The notes beneath the pieces were generated by a model. The model did no database searches. It was not told the origin of the DNA and saw only the letters and a program-made list of their open reading frames with translations. 64,000 bases of DNA from Spirochaetota bacterium (GTDB lineage: Bacteria; Spirochaetota; UBA4802; UBA5550): assembly GCA_963663865.1 (NCBI GenBank), contig OY760686.1, positions 2,509,730 through 2,573,729 of the forward strand. The letters run 5' to 3'. A program made the translations under genes and the position numbers. This document shows positions 48,443 through 58,828 of the stretch, one piece after another. How positions within the stretch are numbered: position 1 is the first letter of the stretch; each line of letters starts with the position of its first letter.

Positions 48443-50051
48443 TTATCAGGACAACCGGATACTGTTCCGGTTCACTCAGCCGCGCAATCAGGAAATTATG
48501 CGAGGGATAATGTCAGGAACTAATCCAACAGAAAGCCCGGCTTCACTTGACAACAGCTCTAACAGATCAGACCAGGATGAATTTGTATCAGCTGTGCTTA
48601 ATGGAAAACAGGCTGCGTTCCGTTTTACGTTTCCAGGAGATACAGTTCTTTCCACGATTAACTCGTCTATTGCAAGGCTTCTCGCCAGGGACGACAAAGC
48701 CTTCCTGCTTGATACTGTAATTACCATTCTCCGTGAAATGATACTAAACGCCGTAAAAGCCAACGCTAAACGTCAGTTCTTCGACAGACTCGACCTCGAC
48801 ATTAACGACAGCAGAATATACAACAGCGGCATGAGAATTTTCAAAGATTCAATCATCGGAGATCTGATTTCAATACGCGAGGAAATCGAAACAGCCCCAT
48901 ACAATGTAACACTCAGAATCAAAAAGGATGAGAGCGGTATAACTATTTCGGTAACAAATAATATCTCAATTCTTCCAGACGAACTTGACCGAATTCGTGA
49001 AAGGATTCAAAGCGGTATATCCAGCAGCGATTTCAATTCTTCATACGAAGAGGTTTATGACCCAACCGAAGGGGCCGGACTTGGAATACTCCTTATTATT
49101 CTTCTTTTGAGGAATGCAGGGATAAAGCCAAACAATTACACCATATTAAATAAGCAAAAAAGCTTCACCAGTCAAATAAAGATACCGGAAATTATACGCC
49201 CGGTTGAAATCCAGACTGAGATCAAAAAACAAATACTTCGAGACGTCGAGTTTCTTCCGGCCTTTCCGGAAAACATCCTCCAGATTCAGGCGCTATGCAA
49301 TAACCCCGAATCAACTATTGACCAGATAGCCTCAAAAATTGTTATTGATCCCTCACTGACTGCGGACGTTCTAAGAATATCAAATTCAGCCGGGTTTATA
49401 ACAGGCAAGCGTATTAAAAATATCAACGAAGCTATAATGCTAATAGGCCTCCGAAACCTTAATTCAATTCTTACTGCGGCCGCTGCGAGAAAAATACTGG
49501 ATACTCGCTTTCGAAAGTTTGAACAGATATGGCAGCACTGCAACAAGGTTGCTTTCTATTCGCGGGGGCTTGCTGCGGCCCTTGGACTTAACGGAATAGT
49601 AGACCATGTTTTTATATCGGGCCTTCTCCACGATATCGGGAAAATAGTGCTTCTTTCGACGGACCAGACTCTCCTCAACAGGCTGTCTGAAATCGTAGCC
49701 GATAAAAAGATACGGTCCTCGACTATTCTTGAAGAAATCAGCATTGGTATAAGCCATTCTTCTATCGGGGCCCTAATAGCAAACAAGTGGAATTTTCCCG
49801 ACTACCTTATTGACGCGATAAACTACCATCACAGCCCTCTCGATGCCGAAGAAAGCTATGCGCCCATCGTTGCGATAGTATATTCCGCCAATCTTTTCGC
49901 CGGTATTGAATCACGTAAATACGCTTTCACTTACATGGAAAATGAAATTCTTGACAGATACTTCCGTCCTCATAATCATAAGCCTGAAGAACTGTTCGAA
50001 AAACTCAGATCTGCATACCTTAACCACGCTATAACGATTCAGGCCCTTTAG
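48381..50051 (+). CDS. GHKL ATPase (HATPase_c) domain fused to an HDOD domain; signalling protein
   Basis: The N-terminus reads …REMILNAVKANAKRQ…DPTEGAGLGILLIILLLRNAG and is a paralog of the 9419..9955 protein. The C-terminus reads …DVEFLPAFPENILQIQALCNNPESTIDQIASKIVIDPSLTADVLRISNSAGF…HHSP…, which is HDOD. The start is likely at 48411 or 48498. Confidence 0.6.
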   Translation: MTTLKQLTICMEYSDGIRLTNYQDNRILFRFTQPRNQEIMRGIMSGTNPTESPASLDNSSNRSDQDEFVSAVLNGKQAAFRFTFPGDTVLSTINSSIARLLARDDKAFLLDTVITILREMILNAVKANAKRQFFDRLDLDINDSRIYNSGMRIFKDSIIGDLISIREEIETAPYNVTLRIKKDESGITISVTNNISILPDELDRIRERIQSGISSSDFNSSYEEVYDPTEGAGLGILLIILLLRNAGIKPNNYTILNKQKSFTSQIKIPEIIRPVEIQTEIKKQILRDVEFLPAFPENILQIQALCNNPESTIDQIASKIVIDPSLTADVLRISNSAGFITGKRIKNINEAIMLIGLRNLNSILTAAAARKILDTRFRKFEQIWQHCNKVAFYSRGLAAALGLNGIVDHVFISGLLHDIGKIVLLSTDQTLLNRLSEIVADKKIRSSTILEEISIGISHSSIGALIANKWNFPDYLIDAINYHHSPLDAEESYAPIVAIVYSANLFAGIESRKYAFTYMENEILDRYFRPHNHKPEELFEKLRSAYLNHAITIQAL

Positions 50052-50069
50052 CTTTTTTCCGGAGCTCTT

Positions 50070-51770
50070 ATGAATAAACTCTACTTAATTGAAACAAGAA
50101 GCGGGCATAAAACGGCTGTTGTTCGGGGCTTCCGCCTCCACTCAGCCTACGACCCGGTCAAAGAAGCGCAGCGTGCTACAGACTCGTTCGATCCAGGAAG
50201 ATCGTCAATTATTCTCGTATCCGGCGCAGGACTGGGATTCCATGTAAGCGCCCTTAAAAACAGGTTTCCTCAGCACATCATAGCAGTAAGCGAAGCCGAC
50301 AGCAACCTGCTCAAAACAGCGCTGGAACTCTACCCGGAATACTTTTCCGGCTGCTCGCTTATAACCTCTCCTCAAAATGCCGCTGAATTTATTGAATCCA
50401 TAGATCTGAAGCATTTTAAAGGAATTTCACACTACAGCCACAGGCCTTCCTTCCAGCTTGATCCGGATTTTTACAGAGAAATCATAGAAACAGCAAAAAA
50501 TTCTTCTTCTTCAAAAATCAGCGATATGCTCACACGCTTCGAATTCGAAGAACGCTGGGTCTCAAATATATTCCGCAACATCCCCTATCTCTTAACATCC
50601 TCAAGGATTTCACAGCTCTTTGGAGCGTTTAAGGGTATACCTGGAATCATAGTATCTGCAGGCCCGTCGCTGAGAAAGAATGTGCACCAGCTTAAAAAAC
50701 TCAGAGACCGGGCACTGATACTCTGTGTTGATACTGCTCTCCCTGTTCTTAAGAAGTGTGGAGTTGAACCCCATATAGTAATGACACTTGACGCCCAGAA
50801 ACACAGCCACAGGCATTTTAGCGGCATTGACACATCAGGGATAAATCTTCTTGCTGACATGGTCAGCTGCACCCCGGTAATCCGAGACTTCACGGGAGGC
50901 ATAATAATCAGCACAACCTCAAAATACTACACCGATACCGCTGGAGCAACGCATAGAGAAACAACACCGGCGATTGACTGGGTGGAAAACTTTGCCGGCC
51001 CAATCGGCGACATACAATCAGGCGGATCAGTCGCAACAAGCGCCTTTGATGCTCTCCTTAACATGGGATGCAGCTCCATTATATTAGTCGGCCAGGATTT
51101 GGCCTATACAGGACGTGAAATACATTCGAGCGGAACATATCACAACGACGGGTGGCTCCCGGCCTGTACAAGGCTTAACAACCTCGACACCATCAATCAG
51201 CAGGTTATTCGAAAAAGAAAGATATTCCGGACAGACTCGGTCGGAAATTCCGGGACAGTTATAACAGATTTCGTACTCAACCTGTACAAGGGCTGGTTCG
51301 AGGATTCATCAGCTAAAACAGGCATAGACGTTATCAACTCGACTGAAGGCGGAGCCAGGATAAGAAACACTATTGAGAAACCCCTCGCTGAAATAGCCGG
51401 GCAACTTCCAAAGCCTCTTAACAAACCTGAAGACATTATCCGAATGAAGCTTCAGATTAAAGCCGAAGGATGTGTAGATTCCGCCAAAATCGCTGTTAGC
51501 GCCTCCATCAGGTCACTGGAAAAGCTGAATATAATCGCGGACAGCTCCAATTATTTCTCTGAGCTGAAGGAAAAAACGGACTCTTTTGCTAAACAATCCG
51601 GAATAGCGCCCCTCCTGGGTCCCTACCTCAGAAAAGCTGACATGCATATCAGCAGGCGCGAAATTCCCGACGCTGAAGCTTTTAAGATGCTTAAAAATGA
51701 AATACTGAGGGCAACTGGAATACTCCGCCGACTGCTGACCGACTGCAGTAAAACACTGAACAAAATCTGA
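50070..51770 (+). CDS. Motility accessory factor (Maf) / DUF115 MptE-like family protein, a putative flagellin or glycan nonulosonic-acid transferase
   Basis: The segment …GIIVSAGPSLRKNVHQLKKLRDRALILCVDTALPVLKKCGVEPHIVMTLDAQ… matches the DUF115 core. The product is 566 aa with an MNKLYLIETRSG… N-terminus. Confidence 0.55.
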   Translation: MNKLYLIETRSGHKTAVVRGFRLHSAYDPVKEAQRATDSFDPGRSSIILVSGAGLGFHVSALKNRFPQHIIAVSEADSNLLKTALELYPEYFSGCSLITSPQNAAEFIESIDLKHFKGISHYSHRPSFQLDPDFYREIIETAKNSSSSKISDMLTRFEFEERWVSNIFRNIPYLLTSSRISQLFGAFKGIPGIIVSAGPSLRKNVHQLKKLRDRALILCVDTALPVLKKCGVEPHIVMTLDAQKHSHRHFSGIDTSGINLLADMVSCTPVIRDFTGGIIISTTSKYYTDTAGATHRETTPAIDWVENFAGPIGDIQSGGSVATSAFDALLNMGCSSIILVGQDLAYTGREIHSSGTYHNDGWLPACTRLNNLDTINQQVIRKRKIFRTDSVGNSGTVITDFVLNLYKGWFEDSSAKTGIDVINSTEGGARIRNTIEKPLAEIAGQLPKPLNKPEDIIRMKLQIKAEGCVDSAKIAVSASIRSLEKLNIIADSSNYFSELKEKTDSFAKQSGIAPLLGPYLRKADMHISRREIPDAEAFKMLKNEILRATGILRRLLTDCSKTLNKI

Positions 51771-51831
51771 TCAAAAAACCAGCCGTGACAGCAGGTTTTT
51801 GCCGATAATATAGAATAAAATCTTCAGGAAT

Positions 51832-52671
51832 TTGCCCTCTATGAAAAAATATATTATTTTCCAGTTGATAGTGTTGACCGCTTTCCTGTACGCCGGGGCC
51901 TCTGAAAAGGAAGTGGACGGCGCCCGCTGGAGCGAATACAAAATCCGGGTAATCGGAGAATCGCATATCAGGGTCAACAGCGATGGGCGGCCTATTGATG
52001 AACTTAGCGGTGAGCCGATTTCGCTTAATGAATCCAGGATACAGGCCCGAAAAAGAGCAAGGCTCATTGCGGTTGAAAAAATATCCCGCCTTCTGGGAAA
52101 ACTCACAATTGAAAACGGCAAAACAATAAACACAGTCCTTGATGAAGACATGCAGACAAAAAACAAAATTGCGATGATGCTTAAAAATGAAGTCTCATAC
52201 AGGGAATCTCCTGCAGGCTTCAGCGCCAGCCATTGCATTGCTGAACTCTCTATGGGAAGCATACTTCAATCGCTTCCTCTCACTTACCCTGAAGACAGCT
52301 TCCCGGTGCCTTCCGCCATTCCAATTGCAACCGCGTATACATCGCTGATAATCGACGCCAGAGGGCTCGAAGTTACACCGATGCTTTCTCCCGCTGTTTA
52401 CGCGGCAGACGGACTTGAGATATATAACCGATACTTTGTTGACCCGGCATTCGCTGTCAGGACAGGAATCGCGGCGTATGTACAGACAGAAAAAGAAGCA
52501 TTGAAACATCCGAAAGCGGGAAGCCATCCGCTCATTACAGCGGCAATCGGAAATGTGAAAAGCAATCCGATCATCTCGACAAGGGATATAAGAAGAATAC
52601 TCAGTTCTCCGGGAAATATTATGGAACTAAAAAAATGTCGCGTGATATTCATTGTAGACAGGGTGGACTAA
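51832..52671 (+). CDS. Secreted hypothetical protein
   Basis: It has a signal peptide (…LTAFLYAGASE). No domain was recognised. Confidence 0.35.
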   Translation: MPSMKKYIIFQLIVLTAFLYAGASEKEVDGARWSEYKIRVIGESHIRVNSDGRPIDELSGEPISLNESRIQARKRARLIAVEKISRLLGKLTIENGKTINTVLDEDMQTKNKIAMMLKNEVSYRESPAGFSASHCIAELSMGSILQSLPLTYPEDSFPVPSAIPIATAYTSLIIDARGLEVTPMLSPAVYAADGLEIYNRYFVDPAFAVRTGIAAYVQTEKEALKHPKAGSHPLITAAIGNVKSNPIISTRDIRRILSSPGNIMELKKCRVIFIVDRVD

Positions 52672-52672
52672 T

Positions 52673-53314
52673 ATGAAAGTAATATCCGTAATAATTTCGT
52701 CCCTTCTGGGGAGCATAAACAATTCAATTGTGAACATGGACCGAAAAACCCGCCAGTCAATACGCCAGGGTTTCTTTTTCGGCATCTTTGTTCTTTCCGT
52801 TGGTGGTATTATTCTTGGGGTATTGTCAGGCAAAGAGGCTGCTTCGATCAAGGGGACTCCACTTGCCGAAACAATGCGAGATACATTCGAATACACTGAA
52901 AGCCGTTCCAAAGCAGAGGGCAACTTCGGCGCCATGCTGGAAGGCAGGCTAATGAGTGAGTCCGCGTACAGGGAAATCGACAGAACCCGGTGGAAGACCA
53001 GAGAAGCCGCTGAAATGACTTTCAGCGACAAACCAGCTGAGCCGGCCTCATCCACCCCCCGGAACAACACGCCAATGAACTCATATGACGAAATAATCGA
53101 AGGTAAATATAGACCGGAGAAAAAAGCCGCGCCTGTCAATAAAGTAAACAGAAAAGAAAACACCGCCCCCCTTGCGGAGCCGATTATACCCGGAGAGAAA
53201 AGAGCACAAGAAAGAATTGACAAAGACAGGGTAAGAAGCTTAAAAAGAGACGGTGAATCCGGCACAAAAGTCCCATCTCAAATATTTGAAGATAAAGGTA
53301 TAATAAGCAATTGA
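52673..53314 (+). CDS. Membrane-anchored hypothetical protein with a charged C-terminal tail
   Basis: It has one TM helix (…FFFGIFVLSVGGIILGVL…). It is translationally adjacent to the upstream and downstream genes. Confidence 0.35.
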   Translation: MKVISVIISSLLGSINNSIVNMDRKTRQSIRQGFFFGIFVLSVGGIILGVLSGKEAASIKGTPLAETMRDTFEYTESRSKAEGNFGAMLEGRLMSESAYREIDRTRWKTREAAEMTFSDKPAEPASSTPRNNTPMNSYDEIIEGKYRPEKKAAPVNKVNRKENTAPLAEPIIPGEKRAQERIDKDRVRSLKRDGESGTKVPSQIFEDKGIISN

Positions 53315-54213
53315 GATTTATACTTATTGTTATTCCCTTTTTTGTAGCTGCTGTTTCTGTTTTTGGTGAAACACGAAACTACAAAAAGACTGAGGATGTA
53401 ATCAACCGCATTCTTGACAGAACTGATGCTGTACAGGAAAAGTCTCAAACAGAAGGTGTACAGCAAAAAGATTTGCCTGAACAGGTTAATGGTGATTCTG
53501 ATGATTCCGAGGAAGAGAGCAAACCGGAACAGTCAGCTCCCAAAAGTGCCCGTGGAAGGTCAGGACCCTCAGCGGCAGAGACGGCTCTGCTAAAAAACGG
53601 CATCGAATTCTATGAAAGCGGCCTCTTCGATAATTCGCTAAAGGCCTTTGATGAGCTTCTGACCAATTACCCGTTAAGTTCTTACGCGGACAGCGCCAGA
53701 ATATGGCGCGGTAAAATCCATATCAGAAAGCATTCCTATGACAGGGCATTAAGTGAATTTGCCCTTATTCCTGAAAACTCAGGAGAATACCCGGCTTCGC
53801 TTTTTAATACAGCCGAGGCTTTTGCCTTTCAGAAGAATATTCCTGAAGCTATTTCTTCTTATCAAAAAGTAGCTCTTCTTTTCCCTTCTCATGAACTCGC
53901 TGACAGAGCGCTTCTCGAAGCGGCTAATCTCTATCTAAATTCAGGCATGGGAGAAAAATCTGTTGAAACGCTTGCAAAGATTATAAAGCATTACCCTTCG
54001 AGGCACACCATTGATGATGCCTACTACCATCTTGCAAGGGTCTATGAGCGTGATCCATCAATGCGCGATATTGAAACCGCAAGAGCTCTCTACACGGTTT
54101 TCCTCAAAAAAGCAAAAAATGGCGATAAGTTCTTTTCAAATTCGCCGCTTATTGATAAAGTCACCAACGATCTTGGCAGAATTAATAAAATCTATTTCAA
54201 ATTTGAGAATTAA
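53311..54213 (+). CDS. TPR-repeat protein, YbgF/CpoB- or BamD-like
   Basis: It has a signal peptide. The C-terminal three-TPR pattern includes repeated …YP.S..A. segments (…LLTNYPLSSYADSA…LLFPSHELADRA…IKHYPSRHTIDDA…). Confidence 0.5.
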   Translation: MRFILIVIPFFVAAVSVFGETRNYKKTEDVINRILDRTDAVQEKSQTEGVQQKDLPEQVNGDSDDSEEESKPEQSAPKSARGRSGPSAAETALLKNGIEFYESGLFDNSLKAFDELLTNYPLSSYADSARIWRGKIHIRKHSYDRALSEFALIPENSGEYPASLFNTAEAFAFQKNIPEAISSYQKVALLFPSHELADRALLEAANLYLNSGMGEKSVETLAKIIKHYPSRHTIDDAYYHLARVYERDPSMRDIETARALYTVFLKKAKNGDKFFSNSPLIDKVTNDLGRINKIYFKFEN

Positions 54214-54273
54214 CCAGTCTTATACGGCATAATCAGGGACTTTCCAATTCTCTTTACAACCGCGGGGTAAAAC

Positions 54274-54744
54274 ATGGCAAGCAAAGATAAGGAAAAAATC
54301 GTAAACCTTTACAGGGACACCGGACTGACTTCCAACATGGAAGACTATATGGAAGCTATAACCATGCTCGCTGACAAAAACAAGGTAGTCAGGGTAAAGG
54401 ATATAGCAAAAAAACTCGACATCAAAATGCCGAGTGTAACTGCGGCGCTTCTAAAGCTCAAGGAGATGAAGCTCATTGAATATGAGAAATACGGATATAT
54501 AGAACTGACCAATGAAGGCAAAGACATTGCGGACAGAGTTTACAATAAGCACCACTGTCTTTCGCTCTTTTTCAAGGAGATTCTGTGTCTCAACCACGAG
54601 GACTCCGACACCGAAGCTTGTAAAGTTGAGCACGCTCTTGCGGAAAACACATGCGTTCAGCTTCATAAATTCGTTGAGTTCTTCCTTGAATCAAAGGAAG
54701 CTGACGACCCTTGGATAAAAAAACTCTTTAAACGACTTAAATAA
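54274..54744 (+). CDS. DtxR/MntR/TroR-family metal-dependent transcriptional repressor
   Basis: An N-terminal winged HTH (…LTSNMEDYMEAITMLADKNKVVRVKDIAKKLDIKMPSVTAAL…) is followed by a metal-binding/dimerisation domain (…HHCLSLFF…HEDSDTEACKVEHAL…). Confidence 0.8.
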   Translation: MASKDKEKIVNLYRDTGLTSNMEDYMEAITMLADKNKVVRVKDIAKKLDIKMPSVTAALLKLKEMKLIEYEKYGYIELTNEGKDIADRVYNKHHCLSLFFKEILCLNHEDSDTEACKVEHALAENTCVQLHKFVEFFLESKEADDPWIKKLFKRLK

Positions 54745-54749
54745 AATAA

Positions 54750-54790
54750 AAAAGGGGCTTCCGTAAACAACGGCAGCCCCTTTTTTCAAT
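54750..54790. terminator. Bidirectional rho-independent terminator between the DtxR-family gene and fusA
   Basis: The sequence is AAAAAAGGGGCTTCCGTAAACAACGGCAGCCCCTTTTTTT. Confidence 0.75.
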
Positions 54791-54809
54791 GTGCAGATAT
54801 AAATCTAAT

Positions 54810-56891
54810 CTATCGGGCTTCGCCTGCCCTTCTCTTTTCCTGGTATTCCTTAAGCACCTTCTCCTGAATGTCCCTTGGAGCAGGGCTGTAGTTGAAAAAC
54901 TCCATCGAATAGTTTGCCCTTCCGCTTGATATGTTTCTCAGCTGTGTGGAATATCCGAACATCTCCATGAGCGGAACAGTTCCGTTCAGCTTCTGAGCTC
55001 CCTTTCGGAATCTTCTCATCTCTGAAATCTTTCCGCGCCTCTTGTTGAGGTCACCGACAACATCTCCAATATAATCATCCGGAGTGTTAACTTCAATCTT
55101 CATGATAGGCTCAAGCAGAGTCGGAGTCGCCTTCATAAACGCTTCTTTGAAACAGATTGAAGCACAGGTACGGAAAGCCATATCAGAGGAGTCAACCTCG
55201 TGATAAGAACCATCAAGAAGGGTTACCCTTATATCAAGTATCGGGAACCCGGCTATAATACCCTCTTCCATTGTCTTGACAATTCCCTTCTCAACAGATG
55301 GAATAAACTCATTAGGAATAGCTCCGCCCTTGATATGGTTAACAAACTCAAATCCTTTTCCGTCGTTTGGCTCAATTCTGATAACTGTGTGAGCGTATTG
55401 TCCTTTTCCACCAGTCTGTTTTGAGTGTTTGTAGTTGTTTTCGCACTCGCTCTGTATTGTTTCCCTGAATGCAACGGAAGGCTCGCCCACAACCGCTTCT
55501 ACACCAAACTCTTCTTTTAGACGGTCTATGATGATCTCAAGGTGAAGCTCACCCATTCCTGAAATAATAGTCTCATTAGTCTCCTCATCCTGCCTTACAT
55601 TAAAGGACGGATCCTCCATAGCCAGCTTTCTGAGAGCAAGACCGAGCTTCTCTTCCTCTTTCTTGGTCGTAGGAGAGACTTTAAGCTCAATAACCGTCGG
55701 TGGAATAAAGATGTTTTCAAGTACCAGCGGCGACTTTTCGTCACAAAGAGTGTCACCAGTCTTTGTCGATTTCATCCCGATCAGTGCAACAATATCACCC
55801 GGACCTGCGACTTCAAGCTCTTCTCTTTCCTTGGCGCGAACCCTCATAATCCGTCCAATACGCTCAGGCTTGTCTCTTGTTGAGTTAAGAACCTGCATAC
55901 CGCTTCTCAGCTCGCCGGAATATACCCTTATGAAAGTCTGCTGTCCTACATAGGGATCGTGGATTAGTTTGAAAGCAAGAGCGGCAAACGGATCCTTTGC
56001 TGAAGGATGTCTCGTATGAGTCTTTTCAGGATCATCAACATCTGTTCCTACAACTGCTCCAATATCGAGAGGCGAAGGAAGATATGCTACAACAGCATCA
56101 AGCAGAGAGTGAACTCCCTTGTTCTTATATGCAGATCCGCAGAAAACAGGGGTGATATTTATGGCAAGAACAGCTTCCCGAGCTGCTCTGACGATAAGCT
56201 CTTCCGGCACTTCCTGTCCCTCAATATAGAGTTCCATAATCTCATCGTTAAACTCACCAAGCTTTTCGATAAGGTTTACCCGTGCCTTCTCTGCCTTTTC
56301 TTTATATTCAGCGGGAATTTCCCCTACAATTCTCTTCTCGTCTTCAAAAGTCACAGCCTGCATTTTAATCAGGTCTACATGTCCCTTAAACTCATCCTCT
56401 GCACCAATCGGATATACGAATGGAACCGGATTAGCGTCAAGGTACTTCTCCATCGTGTCTACAGCCTCGAAGAAGTCAGCGCCCACCCTGTCCATCTTAT
56501 TGATGAACGCAATTCGGGGAACCTTGTACCTGTCTGCCTGATTCCATACGGTTTCACTCTGAGGCTGTACACCAGCCACAGCGCAAAATACGGCTACAAC
56601 ACCGTCAAGGACCCTCAGCGACCTTTCAACCTCTACGGTAAAGTCAACGTGTCCCGGTGTATCAATGATATTAATCGTATGTCCTTCCCACGCGCAGGTT
56701 ATAGCTGCTGAGGCAATTGTAATTCCCCTTTCCTGCTCCTGTTTCATGAAGTCCATTGTTGCCTGACCATCGTGAACCTCGCCGAGCTTGCGGGTCGTTC
56801 CGGAAAAATACAGTATTCTTTCTGTACATGTGGTCTTACCGGCATCGATGTGGGCCGCAATACCAATATTGCGAAGTTTCTGTAAAGACAT
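54810..56891 (-). CDS. fusA: Elongation factor G paralog (EF-G2-like; standalone, not within a str operon)
   Basis: The product reads …[24 protein letters not shown]…[23 protein letters not shown]…. It is 693 aa with all five EF-G domains. Confidence 0.9.
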   Translation of the reverse strand: MSLQKLRNIGIAAHIDAGKTTCTERILYFSGTTRKLGEVHDGQATMDFMKQEQERGITIASAAITCAWEGHTINIIDTPGHVDFTVEVERSLRVLDGVVAVFCAVAGVQPQSETVWNQADRYKVPRIAFINKMDRVGADFFEAVDTMEKYLDANPVPFVYPIGAEDEFKGHVDLIKMQAVTFEDEKRIVGEIPAEYKEKAEKARVNLIEKLGEFNDEIMELYIEGQEVPEELIVRAAREAVLAINITPVFCGSAYKNKGVHSLLDAVVAYLPSPLDIGAVVGTDVDDPEKTHTRHPSAKDPFAALAFKLIHDPYVGQQTFIRVYSGELRSGMQVLNSTRDKPERIGRIMRVRAKEREELEVAGPGDIVALIGMKSTKTGDTLCDEKSPLVLENIFIPPTVIELKVSPTTKKEEEKLGLALRKLAMEDPSFNVRQDEETNETIISGMGELHLEIIIDRLKEEFGVEAVVGEPSVAFRETIQSECENNYKHSKQTGGKGQYAHTVIRIEPNDGKGFEFVNHIKGGAIPNEFIPSVEKGIVKTMEEGIIAGFPILDIRVTLLDGSYHEVDSSDMAFRTCASICFKEAFMKATPTLLEPIMKIEVNTPDDYIGDVVGDLNKRRGKISEMRRFRKGAQKLNGTVPLMEMFGYSTQLRNISSGRANYSMEFFNYSPAPRDIQEKVLKEYQEKRRAGEAR

Positions 56892-57066
56892 CTCATTCCC
56901 CCGTGTAAATGTGTTATTTCATTATATTCAAATTTTATTCTAAAACATGCGGCTTTTAACCGGATTGACGGCAGGAATAACTGCCGGTATTTTTGGCATC
57001 TTCATTGCGGGTTGTACATGTGTCAATTTTTTTTTACTATTATTATAAAGCTTTATTGTAGACTCA

Positions 57067-57546
57067 TTACTTCATTATCGCTGCAAGCTGAAGCTGAACC
57101 GAGGCCTTTGAAGAATAAGCTGAGGCCGGGTACTCCTTTATGATTCTGTTAAAAATAACCTCAGCTTCAGACTCATAGCCCATCTTTCTGTACATCATCC
57201 CGGCATGAAAATAGGCCTCAACACCTGCTTCTGATGTACTGAATTCCTCAAAATGTCTCAGCATCATCTCGACTGCCCTTTCGTACTGATATTCTGACGA
57301 GTATATACCGGCAAGCCTGGTGAAAGCCTCGCTCCTGTGGTTTCCATGGGGAAATATTTCGAGATATTCATGCAGCTCCTGCATGGCCTTATCCTCAAAT
57401 CCGAGTTTTATAAACTGTTCGGCATTTTCAAACTTAAGATTATCAGCTATCATCTCAAGATTGGGCTGGATATCGTCCTCCGCATAGGCGTTGACAACCG
57501 CGAAGAAACATGCAATGATAAATGCGCAGCCGTAAAATGCTTTCAT
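57067..57546 (-). CDS. Secreted TPR-like protein
   Basis: It has a signal peptide (…AVVNAYAEDD). The body is helical with TPR-like repeats and is rich in aromatic and acidic residues. Confidence 0.45.
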   Translation of the reverse strand: MKAFYGCAFIIACFFAVVNAYAEDDIQPNLEMIADNLKFENAEQFIKLGFEDKAMQELHEYLEIFPHGNHRSEAFTRLAGIYSSEYQYERAVEMMLRHFEEFSTSEAGVEAYFHAGMMYRKMGYESEAEVIFNRIIKEYPASAYSSKASVQLQLAAIMK

Positions 57547-57694
57547 AATCTCCTCCGATAATATGTCACATTAGATTATCGAAAAAACACCTGTTTACTT
57601 TAGCTTTTTCTTTAGCGCAAACGCCCGTTCCATTCGGGCATTTCCGCTAAAGAATAATTTACTGAAGAGGTAATTTTATACTGCAGGAATCAGG

Positions 57695-58342
57695 TCACAG
57701 CGCCCCGGCTACAGCTCCGGCAGCAAGTACAAAGTGTATAAGGGCGCCGGCGAGAATAAAAATGTGAAATACGCCATGGGCTCCAATGGTTTCAGGCAAA
57801 ATATCCGGTTTTTTCAACATATACATTATTGCACCAACCGTGTAAGCCGCACCGCCCCCAAAAAGCATCCACAGCTGACCGACAGTCATGGTCTCCTTAA
57901 ATTGGCCTATTGGAAGAAGCGCCATCCACCCCATTAAAAGATATATAACTGTTGAAAACACCCTTGGCGCCGAGAGCAGGAAGAGCTTAAAAAACAGCCC
58001 CAGGATAACCAGCGACCATTGTGCTGTAATTATGCCTGCGCGCCATCCACCGCTCAAAAAAATATACGACAGAACAGTATATGTACCCGCGATCATAAAA
58101 AATATTGCCAGATGATCAATCTTCCTCCAGATAGAATTCTCATTCTCCGACTTTTTATGCGCGTGATAATAAGCGCTCGCCGTAAAAAGAAAAACAAAAG
58201 AAAGTCCGTAAACCGCAGAAACTGCAAACAAACCGGCATTTCCATGCGAAATATACAAGAGACAGATGAGTCCGGCCATACCAAAAAGGGCTCCGGCGCA
58301 ATGACTTAATGACGAGAAACGCTCTTTATTATCCAGTGCCAT
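57695..58342 (-). CDS. Hemolysin III / PAQR (YqfA) family membrane protein
   Basis: It has seven TM helices. Motifs include …SAYYHAHKK… and …HGVFHIFILAGALIHF…. The product is 215 aa. Confidence 0.85.
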   Translation of the reverse strand: MALDNKERFSSLSHCAGALFGMAGLICLLYISHGNAGLFAVSAVYGLSFVFLFTASAYYHAHKKSENENSIWRKIDHLAIFFMIAGTYTVLSYIFLSGGWRAGIITAQWSLVILGLFFKLFLLSAPRVFSTVIYLLMGWMALLPIGQFKETMTVGQLWMLFGGGAAYTVGAIMYMLKKPDILPETIGAHGVFHIFILAGALIHFVLAAGAVAGAL

Positions 58343-58531
58343 AAATACTCCATAGAAAAATATTATCCCTTCGATTCGGCGGGATTAACTATACGTAATC
58401 TTACAAAGCTATTGACACACATTCACACTGACAGGTTGCATTTTTACTTTTTTTATTGATTAGCCCCTCTTTGAAACCGAAATTGTTAAGAGGCACTGTT
58501 AAATCAACAGGCCGGCACAGGGGGATGCTTT

Positions 58532-58828
58532 ATGAACACAATCGCAGAACTGTCAATCTTTCCAATCGGACAGGGGGAAAGCGTAAGCCCTTTCGTTGCA
58601 GAGGCAGTAAAGTTTATTTCAAAATCGGGATTAAAATACGAAACAAACCCTATGGGAACCTGCATTGAGGGTGAGCTCTACGAAGTGATGAATGTAGTCA
58701 CGGGATGCTTTGAATCGATGAAAAAACACAGTAAAAGAATATATATGCTTCTCAAGATTGACTACAGGGCAGACAGAACATTACCCATGTCGTCTAAAAT
58801 ACAATCAGTCTCGGAGAAGCTTACATGA
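58532..58828 (+). CDS. MTH1187/YkoF-family small protein (thiamine/ligand-binding ACT-like fold)
   Basis: The 98-aa product begins …AELSIFPIGQGESVSPFVAEAV…PMGTCIEGE…, the typical DUF77 N-terminus. Confidence 0.65.
   Translation: MNTIAELSIFPIGQGESVSPFVAEAVKFISKSGLKYETNPMGTCIEGELYEVMNVVTGCFESMKKHSKRIYMLLKIDYRADRTLPMSSKIQSVSEKLT

Noticed and set aside
56007-56711. 234-aa ORF antisense to fusA
   Set aside because: It is an antisense frame within a highly conserved EF-G gene.
58343-58531. Possible TPP riboswitch upstream of the YkoF-family gene
   Set aside because: YkoF-type thiamine-binding proteins are often TPP-regulated. This leader has no CUGAGA or GCGUAGGGA elements.
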